From IMG/VR virus record IMGVR_UViG_3300031787_000011: a stretch of DNA of 64,000 nt, one strand, 5' to 3'. The stretch comes from a virus. Positions 57,204-64,000 of this stretch are shown one piece after another. Each line of letters starts with the position of its first letter. The stretch's first letter is position 1. The notes beneath the pieces are model-generated. The model had not been told where the DNA came from. It searched no databases and saw nothing but the letters and a program-made list of their open reading frames with translations. The position numbers and the translations under genes are program-made.

Positions 57204-57377
57204 TTATTCTAATTCCATTTCTTCGACATACCAGTTTCCAGTTACACTAGCAGAAGGAAGTGACGCTTCCTTCTTTAGATATTCAAAGGCTTTTTCTTTA
57301 TCTTTGAACGCCTTTTTAACATAAGATTCATCACAAAAATCATCATAAGTTAAGCCATAAACGAGATAAATTGTCAT
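57204..57377 (-). CDS. MKVY-family micro-protein (MTIYLVY...WYVEEMELE)
   Basis: Manual translation, 57 aa. Confidence 0.65.
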   Translation of the reverse strand: MTIYLVYGLTYDDFCDESYVKKAFKDKEKAFEYLKKEASLPSASVTGNWYVEEMELE

Positions 57378-57379
57378 AA

Positions 57380-57571
57380 TTATTCAATCTCCTCTGCAAG
57401 GAAAACGCCTTTTTTAAATTCATCCTTCTTGGCTTTGTTAAATGCGTTTATGGCTTCATCTTTGTTTGTGAATACTAGAGTTGTATAAAAATTCTGCCAT
57501 CCAAAATAGCTATCATCACCCAGTTCAGGATGTTGATATTCGATATAAACTAGAACGTAACGCTTATTCAT
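57380..57571 (-). CDS. MKVY-like micro-protein
   Basis: YVLVY...VFTNKDEA...EEIE. Confidence 0.6.
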   Translation of the reverse strand: MNKRYVLVYIEYQHPELGDDSYFGWQNFYTTLVFTNKDEAINAFNKAKKDEFKKGVFLAEEIE

Positions 57572-57573
57572 AA

Positions 57574-57768
57574 TTATTCTACTTCTTCTTCGTGAATAAC
57601 ACGATCAATTTCTTTAGTCAAATCTTCTTTTGATTTTCCCGCATGGATACGGTATTTCATAAAATCGGCATAAACATAATCAATAGCTTTCTCTTTATCA
57701 GAGAAAACCTTTTCAACAAAAGTTCTATCGTCACTATTCGATTCATCAAGTATGATATAAACTTTCAT
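57574..57768 (-). CDS. MKVY-family micro-protein
   Basis: MKVYII...VEKVFSDKEKAIDYV...EEEVE. Confidence 0.7.
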   Translation of the reverse strand: MKVYIILDESNSDDRTFVEKVFSDKEKAIDYVYADFMKYRIHAGKSKEDLTKEIDRVIHEEEVE

Positions 57769-57770
57769 AA

Positions 57771-57971
57771 TTATTCAACCTCCATTTCTTGAATATGGCC
57801 CCGAGCATTGTCATCCAACCAAGCAGGAATCATTTTCGAGTAAAAAGGCCCAGAGTATTCATTTTTAATGACATAATCAAGAGCTTTGCGCTCACTATCA
57901 AAAACTCTATTAACTCTAGTAAGATCGCACCCTTCGAATTTAGCAGTTTCGTGAACAAGATAAACTTTCAT
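57771..57971 (-). CDS. MKVY-family micro-protein
   Basis: MKVYLV...VNRVFDSERKALDYV...EMEVE. Confidence 0.7.
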   Translation of the reverse strand: MKVYLVHETAKFEGCDLTRVNRVFDSERKALDYVIKNEYSGPFYSKMIPAWLDDNARGHIQEMEVE

Positions 57972-57973
57972 AA

Positions 57974-58201
57974 TTATTCAAACTCTATTTCATCATCAGG
58001 ATCAAGAATAACTAAATTATTCCCTGAGCAGTTTGTTCTAATAACGTAAATAGCATGATCTTCGCAATAAGGATCGCGGCTGGCATAAACGTCTGTGATA
58101 GTCGCGCCCCAGAATTTTTCATGTATTAGTTTTTGTTTGGCGAGTTTTTTGCCAACAATTTGTTCGTAAAGTATTTGATTAAGAGAGTCTCGGGATCTCA
58201 T
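57974..58201 (-). CDS. Hypothetical protein (MRSRDS...)
   Basis: ORF track with trimmed start; ends at a GAATAATTATG junction. Confidence 0.55.
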   Translation of the reverse strand: MRSRDSLNQILYEQIVGKKLAKQKLIHEKFWGATITDVYASRDPYCEDHAIYVIRTNCSGNNLVILDPDDEIEFE

Positions 58202-58209
58202 AAATATTA

Positions 58210-58340
58210 AAAATATTGAGGCTAGGATCATCCCTCAATGTGGTAACTTTTTCCCGCTTTGCTAGGCATAAGCAGTTACTTCTGGCGTTTCCGTGAGGTT
58301 ATCGCTACTTCCCTTGCAATACGCCCAAAGGGTTAAGCAC
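58210..58340 (-). ncRNA. Candidate structured RNA / terminator element
   Basis: Intergenic; several stems and a final ATTGAGG/CCTCAAT hairpin plus T-tract. Confidence 0.35.
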
Positions 58341-58362
58341 TTGCGTTTCTATTGCTAGAAAA

Positions 58363-58581
58363 TTATTTACCGAAATCAATAGTCTTACCCTCTTTCCAAT
58401 AGGTAATGCCGTCAACAAAATCAATGTTAAACTCGCCATCCCCAAACTGCACAACATTTGTGTATGCTGTAGAGGTTTCCCAATTGCGTGAAATTTCCTC
58501 TTTGACCCGTACCTTCGTTTCTGGCGGGATGGTCTGCAAGAACTTAATGATGTCGGCAACCGTAATTACTTTCGTAGTCAT
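58363..58581 (-). CDS. Hypothetical protein
   Basis: ORF track; TVADIIKFLQTIPPETKV-type phage motif. Confidence 0.65.
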   Translation of the reverse strand: MTTKVITVADIIKFLQTIPPETKVRVKEEISRNWETSTAYTNVVQFGDGEFNIDFVDGITYWKEGKTIDFGK

Positions 58582-58590
58582 GCGTAAAAT

Positions 58591-58878
58591 TTAAATCTTT
58601 TTAATATGTTTAGGATGTACAGCAGTCCACTTGTTGAAACGGTCAGAGTTATACTTTTTAATGGAAGTGTCAAGTGCGGAACCCCATCTCTTATCTTTGC
58701 TTGCCCACATTATTTTGCACGTTTTGCTACCTTGATATAGCTCGCCATTAGAGAATTTAAATCCATCAAAGCGGTTCCCATAATGATCAAAAACTAAATA
58801 CCCTTTCTTGAGAAGACGGTTAGCCTTTGCCGCCTTCCGCAAGATGTTGCGCCATCGTGCCTTCTCCAGTCTATTCAT
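58591..58878 (-). CDS. Basic hypothetical protein (MNRLEK...)
   Basis: Promoter TTGCCT-17-GAGACT 7 nt before the ATG. Confidence 0.6.
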   Translation of the reverse strand: MNRLEKARWRNILRKAAKANRLLKKGYLVFDHYGNRFDGFKFSNGELYQGSKTCKIMWASKDKRWGSALDTSIKKYNSDRFNKWTAVHPKHIKKI

Positions 58879-59042
58879 CTTTGGAAGTCTCGCAGGTGCA
58901 GAACCACAAGGCAAGAGAAATTATGGAAAATTTCATCAGCCAAATTGAGAGTTGACAATGAACGTAGGTTGGTTTAGGGCCGAGAGTCAGCATGATTGCG
59001 CCTACAAGCCCAGAGCAACCAACTGTCAAGAGGTTTTTTCTG

Positions 59043-59393
59043 TCAATTTTCATGGAGCAAGTATCCTTCGGAGCAAAGATCGCAAAAGATATGCCAAGCA
59101 GGAATCAAATGAATTCTGCCACTATCAGGAGCATTGAACCAAGCATCATTAAAAACAATAGCAATTTCAGGATTTCTTTCTTTAACCCACTTATCTAATT
59201 CATTTTCATCAAGATAACTAAACATCAAAACAATATTCTTAATCTGGGGCCAATAATAATCTACAGTTGCCCAGTAACTTTCCTTTGTAGTTGGGCAAAG
59301 ATAATCACTAAAGCCTTTCTGGGCTTCTGATACTTGATTATGGAAATTAACTTGATACTGTTCGGGAACGCCAATGTAGCTCATATTAGTCAA
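59043..59393 (-). CDS. Hypothetical protein
   Basis: ORF track; AWFNAPD...W..FCDLCSE. Confidence 0.65.
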   Translation of the reverse strand: MTNMSYIGVPEQYQVNFHNQVSEAQKGFSDYLCPTTKESYWATVDYYWPQIKNIVLMFSYLDENELDKWVKERNPEIAIVFNDAWFNAPDSGRIHLIPAWHIFCDLCSEGYLLHEN

Positions 59394-59551
59394 TAAATGC
59401 GAATCTAATTAATGTTTCATCTACAGAAATGAGTTTGCCAGTTTGCGGATCAAAATTACTAGTATTATCTATGCGAAATGTTACATCAGTTTCTACTAAG
59501 ATAGTGTGGTTATAATAACGCCACAAGACATAGTGAAAATCATTATCGTCT

Positions 59552-59773
59552 CTATGACGCCAATTTATATCGGTCATGGTAAATTCTTTTGCAGTTATCC
59601 GGCGACGTTTGCACAAAGCGTCCATTTTCCAATTCAAGTAAGAAAACAAGATTCCATCTGCTATCAACCCAGCAAGCTCTAATAAGCCCTTCTCCTGTTT
59701 CTCCTTTTAATGAAGTATAAATGACACGGCATCCACAAAGAAAATTATTATCAATCTGTAGTGAATTATTCAT
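59552..59773 (-). CDS. Hypothetical protein
   Basis: ORF track. Confidence 0.55.
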   Translation of the reverse strand: MNNSLQIDNNFLCGCRVIYTSLKGETGEGLIRACWVDSRWNLVFLLELENGRFVQTSPDNCKRIYHDRYKLAS

Positions 59774-59778
59774 ATTTT

Positions 59779-59961
59779 TTATTCTTCAATAATGATATAC
59801 TGATATTTTCTAACTTCACTCATCAAACAACCATAACATCTATGAACGCACCAATCTGGAATATAATACATATAAGTATCAGTATCACCACAATTAGGGC
59901 ATTCATCTTGACAACTGTCTTCAATGATTAATTCTTTATTGTCGGTAGAGAGAATTTTCAT
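59779..59961 (-). CDS. Small zinc-finger-like protein
   Basis: CPNCG...C..C; promoter TTGACT-17-TAGACT. Confidence 0.6.
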   Translation of the reverse strand: MKILSTDNKELIIEDSCQDECPNCGDTDTYMYYIPDWCVHRCYGCLMSEVRKYQYIIIEE

Positions 59962-60060
59962 TGAGGAAATAGTCTATTTCAGAAATTGAGGCAAGTCAAC
60001 AGCTTTTTTCAATCAATCGTGATCCAACCACACCCAATACTTTTTGGCAACTATCGTTGG

Positions 60061-60258
60061 TTAGTATAGTGGAATAATAGTTACAATATTCTTACGGAAA
60101 ACATAACGAGTCCAAGACTTTCTATTCGGTCCATACACTTTGACCCGTTCATTATTGCGTTTGTCCTTGATACTTTCAGTTACATAACCAATATCAGTAC
60201 ACTCACCATAACGACCAACATCACCAGTCTTAAACTCAATAGCAGCATATAGTTTCAT
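60061..60258 (-). CDS. Hypothetical protein
   Basis: Promoter TTGACT-17-TAGGAT-ATTTCCACG-ATG. Confidence 0.65.
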   Translation of the reverse strand: MKLYAAIEFKTGDVGRYGECTDIGYVTESIKDKRNNERVKVYGPNRKSWTRYVFRKNIVTIIPLY

Positions 60259-60292
60259 CGTGGAAATATCCTACCCCAGAACTTGGGAAAAG

Positions 60293-60493
60293 TCAACAGC
60301 TTTTTTCAAGAACTTTGACCAATTGGTAAGGATCTTGAATCAAGTCCTGTTTTCCATCTCTATTCTCATAGACAACTCGCACTTTTTTTGGGGTAAAAGC
60401 AACAATCTGTGCCAACACAAACTCTCTGTAGTTCGGCACCACAACTACAACAGAATCACCAATCTGTAATTCTTTACCAAGAAAATCTTTCAT
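60293..60493 (-). CDS. Small SH3/KOW-like phage protein
   Basis: MKDFLGKELQIGDSVV...FTPKKVRV. Confidence 0.65.
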   Translation of the reverse strand: MKDFLGKELQIGDSVVVVVPNYREFVLAQIVAFTPKKVRVVYENRDGKQDLIQDPYQLVKVLEKSC

Positions 60494-60526
60494 CGTGGAA
60501 ATATACTATTAGCTTTTTTCAAGAAT

Positions 60527-60949
60527 TTACGACATCAAATAAGTCAACGCTTTGGCATACTTAACAATCTGTTTATCAGTAGGATCATCAGCCAAATTGC
60601 TCAAGATATCAGCAATCTTCACTCGTTTAGCCAACTCATTAGATTTAACATAATACAAATATTCATCATAATTCTGGCCTTCTCCCTTGGTCAAAATCTC
60701 CACAGCTTTAACAATATTCTCAGGAATACCCTTCTCAATCAAAATATCATAAGTAACATTTGTATCTTCCAATACATCATGTAAATAAGCTACACAAACA
60801 TATTCATAACCATATTTAATAACTCTATCTGCAACCGCCATTGGATGTTTAATGTGTGGAGTTGTGCCATCCCGCCGATATTGACCATTATGAGCAGTAG
60901 CAGCAATACCAAATGATTTACCAACTAAAGTAGTTAGGGGATCAGTCAT
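60527..60949 (-). CDS. HD-domain (p)ppGpp hydrolase-like protein (small alarmone hydrolase, Mesh1/SpoT-HD type)
   Basis: AHNGQYRRDG.P.I.HP..VA, LHDVLEDT, VKIAD..SNL. Confidence 0.88.
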   Translation of the reverse strand: MTDPLTTLVGKSFGIAATAHNGQYRRDGTTPHIKHPMAVADRVIKYGYEYVCVAYLHDVLEDTNVTYDILIEKGIPENIVKAVEILTKGEGQNYDEYLYYVKSNELAKRVKIADILSNLADDPTDKQIVKYAKALTYLMS

Positions 60950-60994
60950 AATTAAAGATTATTAAGTTTTTTTCAGGAAGTCAACAGCTTTTTT

Positions 60995-61174
60995 TCAAAA
61001 TTTCTTATTTTTTTTCCAATTATTTCTTTTAATTTTATCGTAAATTGCCATGCAGAAAAACAATACTACGATTGTAATAAAAAAGTAAATAATATATTGA
61101 GGATTATCATGCCAGAACTTATCAGCATCAGCCTCAAATTGAGATCGGTAAATTACAACAGATTCAGTTTTCAT
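60995..61174 (-). CDS. 59-aa single-TM protein (MKTESVV...)
   Basis: Manual translation; promoter TTGACA-16-TAATCT-GTATCCACG-ATG. Confidence 0.6.
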   Translation of the reverse strand: MKTESVVIYRSQFEADADKFWHDNPQYIIYFFITIVVLFFCMAIYDKIKRNNWKKNKKF

Positions 61175-61207
61175 CGTGGATACAGATTATCAGAGTTTTA
61201 GAGAGTG

Positions 61208-61696
61208 TCAATCGCTAATTGTAATTTCACAGTTGTTGTAGAAACCGATCACATCATCAAAATCAATTCCTTCAAATTTAAATCCAACCCCCATATCGCC
61301 TTCTCCAATATAAACGGGTTCAGCATAAACTATTTTTCTTCCAATCAAATCATCAATTGTGCAAATTTTTTCGTTGCTACGCAATCCATATATGTCATCA
61401 CCCGCATCATGAAATTCAGATCGCAGAAAGATTTTTCCAACAAATGTTTTTTGAACAAGCGACTCAAGTGAGATATTCATCGTGTTTCCTAAAAGTTCGC
61501 TGATGCTGGTGATATTGGTTTGTTGAATTTTATAATCAAAATCACCTGATACATTGTGTATTTTTCCAAACATTCCCATTGAATTTGCTCTGCATCCTTG
61601 AGTTGCAATATCCTGTTCTACGATATTTGCAAGAGCCCTCAAGGCATTAGGAATATCATTGACTGTATTCGTATTGATTACGCTTATGATGTTCAT
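61208..61696 (-). CDS. Hypothetical protein (possible internal start at 61480)
   Basis: ORF track; internal ACACG-ATG resembles the early start motif. Confidence 0.55.
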   Translation of the reverse strand: MNIISVINTNTVNDIPNALRALANIVEQDIATQGCRANSMGMFGKIHNVSGDFDYKIQQTNITSISELLGNTMNISLESLVQKTFVGKIFLRSEFHDAGDDIYGLRSNEKICTIDDLIGRKIVYAEPVYIGEGDMGVGFKFEGIDFDDVIGFYNNCEITISD

Positions 61697-61742
61697 TTGA
61701 AAATGCTTATTTATGCGTTTTTTGTTTTTATTCTAAAAAAAA

Positions 61743-61815
61743 TTCAGTTGATCGGAGGGTTTCCTGATCCCACCCACAAAGGTCACCTTGCGGCTTTACT
61801 CGACGATCAACTGAA
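61743..61815 (-). ncRNA. Candidate structured ncRNA (long closing stem plus three small arms)
   Basis: Perfect 12-bp TTCAGTTGATCG/CGATCAACTGAA stem followed by a T-tract. Confidence 0.5.
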
Positions 61816-61859
61816 AAAAAATTATCAAACACATCGTGCTTCCTACCTACACCACGCCA

Positions 61860-61966
61860 AAAAACATTGAGGTATGCCGCACTTACCATCATCTAGCGTA
61901 GCACTCGAAATGCTCATCAGCCACGGCACCTTACTTGATGCTCAACCTCAATCACTCTCGACACGT
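61860..61966 (-). ncRNA. Candidate structured ncRNA downstream of a sigma70-like promoter
   Basis: TTGACG-16-TAGATT upstream; nested stems ATTGAGGT/ACCTCAAT, GTGCCGT/GCGGCAT and AGCAT/GTGCT; T-tract. Confidence 0.5.
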
Positions 61967-62024
61967 TGAATCTACCAGAACTTCCGCATCCGTCAACAGA
62001 TTTTTTTGAAAATTTTTGGAGTGT

Positions 62025-62294
62025 TTATCGCAGTCCAATCAAACACACAAAACAAATAATAACTCCAAAAAAGATCATAATAGGAAGCATAAAAACATTT
62101 ATTTGATTAGCTTCCTTTCTTCCATACATGTATACATTTAGCAGATACACCGCTGCTAAAAAATATAACGGCCAAAAATTAATAAATTTCATTGTGGTAT
62201 ATTCTGTAGAGAAGTCAATGAAGAAAATAAATAATAAACACAAGGGCAAAGATCGCCCAACCGACAAAAAATGCTTTAATATGCTCTTTGACAA
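62025..62294 (-). CDS. Membrane protein
   Basis: Three hydrophobic segments. Confidence 0.55.
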   Translation of the reverse strand: MSKSILKHFLSVGRSLPLCLLFIFFIDFSTEYTTMKFINFWPLYFLAAVYLLNVYMYGRKEANQINVFMLPIMIFFGVIICFVCLIGLR

Positions 62295-62417
62295 ACCGAT
62301 CTTCTGCCTGTTGTATTTCGTTTCTGCGCTGTTTCATTTTTTCATTATATTCTTGAATAATCCTATCTTTATCGTTGATTTTCATCGTGGTAATAGATTA
62401 TCAGTTTTTTCAGGAAT

Positions 62418-62693
62418 TCAATCAAAAATATACACAATATCTGAATCTGTAGGGAGCGGCTTGTTTTTGTAAGTCCAACCCTCTTTAGTACGAGTACCAA
62501 AACCACCACTAGGATATTGGACGCTATATGGAAATTCTGTGCTTGCGCTTTTACCCATAAAGATCATTATTTCTCCTTTATTAGACAAAAGTTTCTGACC
62601 AATCTTACAGTTGGTCAAATCTACACAAGGACGGTTATTCAAAAAGTCAGTCCAAGATTCAATAATCAGTTCAATGTTTAGTTCGGCGTTCAC
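62418..62693 (-). CDS. Hypothetical protein
   Basis: ORF track. Confidence 0.6.
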   Translation of the reverse strand: MNAELNIELIIESWTDFLNNRPCVDLTNCKIGQKLLSNKGEIMIFMGKSASTEFPYSVQYPSGGFGTRTKEGWTYKNKPLPTDSDIVYIFD

Positions 62694-62704
62694 AATAATA
62701 TCTA

Positions 62705-62893
62705 TTATTTATTCCACTTAAAACTAACAACACCATTAGTATCAACTTCATAATGCGCCGCACCATGAGAGATTGCTTCTTTTTGCATCTTTTCTTCTAT
62801 TTGTCTAGGACTCTTATTTGTAATAATTAAAAGAAAACCTGAAAGCAAAACGCCGCAGGTAGCACCAATTAAAAAATCAGGTAATTCTTTCAT
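62705..62893 (-). CDS. Small TM protein, tandem paralogue A
   Basis: QIEEKMQKEAISHGAAHYEVDTNGVVSFKWNK. Confidence 0.7.
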   Translation of the reverse strand: MKELPDFLIGATCGVLLSGFLLIITNKSPRQIEEKMQKEAISHGAAHYEVDTNGVVSFKWNK

Positions 62894-62894
62894 G

Positions 62895-63077
62895 TTATTT
62901 ATTCCATTTAAAATATACTACTCCATTAGTATCAACTGCATAGCGAGCAGCACCATGAGAGATTGCTTCTTTACGCATCTTTTCTTCTATTTGCTTAGAA
63001 GCAACATTTAATGATATTAAAAGAATAATCCCCATAATTATAAGGCCGCAAATCAAACCAGCTAAAAATGCATCCAT
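62895..63077 (-). CDS. Small TM protein, tandem paralogue B
   Basis: QIEEKMRKEAISHGAARYAVDTNGVVYFKWNK. Confidence 0.7.
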   Translation of the reverse strand: MDAFLAGLICGLIIMGIILLISLNVASKQIEEKMRKEAISHGAARYAVDTNGVVYFKWNK

Positions 63078-63080
63078 ATA

Positions 63081-63614
63081 TTAAATGTATTTATAAAACT
63101 CTTCTGGCAAAATTACGTTATCAAAGACTCCTGTTTTAATTATCTTAAATAGTGGGGCAATGTCTTCTGGCCGATAGCCAGCCAAGCCGCATCCGATTTT
63201 TGAAACAAGAAATTCGTACTCTGGGTGAGAAAATGCTACTGCGAGGAAAGTATCAACGTGAGCTTGGATCTTGTCAAGGGGCAAGGTTTGAATTTTTTTG
63301 TCCTTGGTAGGGATGCCGTAGGTCTGCCCGTTCAGCCCATACTCGCCCATCTTGGCCCCCCAACGCAAGGCTAATTTTGCAGCACCAGCACCATGAATCC
63401 CTTTTTCGTTTGCGCCGTAAACAAAGATTTGATTTGGTTCAAGGTGGCGAATATTTTCTGGTGTGAATTTCATTGCTTTTATTTTATTTGGATTTTTATC
63501 AATTCTATGAAAGCATTTATCACAAGTAACCATTCCGTCCCAATCGTCGAAAATGTCGTACTCACGGTAAGTACCTGCTTTACATCTTTCGCAAGTTTTG
63601 CCGGTCATATTCAT
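63081..63614 (-). CDS. Macrodomain-like phage protein (A1S_2505 type) with an N-terminal zinc ribbon
   Basis: IFVYGANEKGIHGAGAA, YGIPTK, SKIGCGLAG; N-terminal CERC...CDKC. Confidence 0.8.
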   Translation of the reverse strand: MNMTGKTCERCKAGTYREYDIFDDWDGMVTCDKCFHRIDKNPNKIKAMKFTPENIRHLEPNQIFVYGANEKGIHGAGAAKLALRWGAKMGEYGLNGQTYGIPTKDKKIQTLPLDKIQAHVDTFLAVAFSHPEYEFLVSKIGCGLAGYRPEDIAPLFKIIKTGVFDNVILPEEFYKYI

Positions 63615-63850
63615 ATTTTATTTTCATTTACTCGTAAATAACCTACAAAATCACGAAGATTATATTTTTTTCCTTCCCAAAACTCTCCTTCTTGATCATA
63701 ACCCCACGCTTGAATTGTGTAATTATCATACGGTTGAAATTTTTGCAATACTTCCCATTTGGCTTTGCAATAAAGATGTTGACTATGTTCGCCAACAATT
63801 TTGCCTTGCGAATCTCTAATGTCGTAGTGTGTTACATTTGCAGAAGTCAT
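63611..63850 (-). CDS. Hypothetical protein
   Basis: ORF track. Confidence 0.55.
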   Translation of the reverse strand: MTSANVTHYDIRDSQGKIVGEHSQHLYCKAKWEVLQKFQPYDNYTIQAWGYDQEGEFWEGKKYNLRDFVGYLRVNENKI

Positions 63851-64000
63851 ATTTAATATTTACTTTCTTCTAATCCACAAATGAGAGTTTCACTTTCTTC
63901 GCATTCTTCCGCTAAAGAAATTGCAACAGAAAGGCCAGAATTGTAGCCCATTTTATAAGCACCTAAAGAAGCCTTCCGAGAAGATACGTCATACAAGACC

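Noticed and set aside
61743-61815. tRNA gene
   Set aside because: No canonical D- or T-loop, no 7-nt anticodon loop and no CCA; no tRNA was recognised anywhere in the window
61895-61925. Hammerhead ribozyme (CTGATGA plus hairpin)
   Set aside because: The required GAAA after stem II is absent
1-64000. Stop-codon reassignment
   Set aside because: Core genes are intact and tightly packed under the standard code, and TAA, TAG and TGA all serve as stops

Overview
This window is part of a large, AT-rich, tailed dsDNA phage genome with almost every real gene on the minus strand. Positions 1-45113 are the late/morphogenesis module. In transcription order it holds: an outer-membrane beta-barrel gene, PhoH, a sigma-like factor, a Zn-finger/ERCC4 nuclease, large terminase, portal, a DUF5824-like gene, protease/scaffold, head decoration and major capsid. 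These are followed by a 2809-aa Gly-Gly-Thr-repeat tail fibre with an S74 chaperone, a GT25 glycosyltransferase, six tandem LamG-like genes, an Ig-domain gene, head-tail genes, tail tube, chaperones and a tape measure protein (TMP) that runs off the window. No tail sheath is visible. At about 45385 the composition switches abruptly to a very GC-rich 2.5-kb island, possibly the physical genome end or first-injected DNA. It carries sigma54-like boxes, two G-rich tandem repeats, a DUF932 gene and two copies of a promoter plus double-hairpin leader. From about 48000 to 64000 is an early region of many small genes with sigma70-like, essentially leaderless promoters, an ori-like repeat region, a paralogous micro-gene array with identical junctions and several structured intergenic RNA candidates. 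The most novel candidates are the GC island architecture, enzyme-like cargo domains bounded by PNFA motifs inside the TMP, virion-wide [ST]G enrichment beside a GT25, the ncRNA candidates and a GTGTAA late promoter. The host is probably Gram-negative; a Verrucomicrobia-like host is only an inference from the style of the Ig domains and the beta-barrel. All family calls are by-eye motif recognition, not database results.
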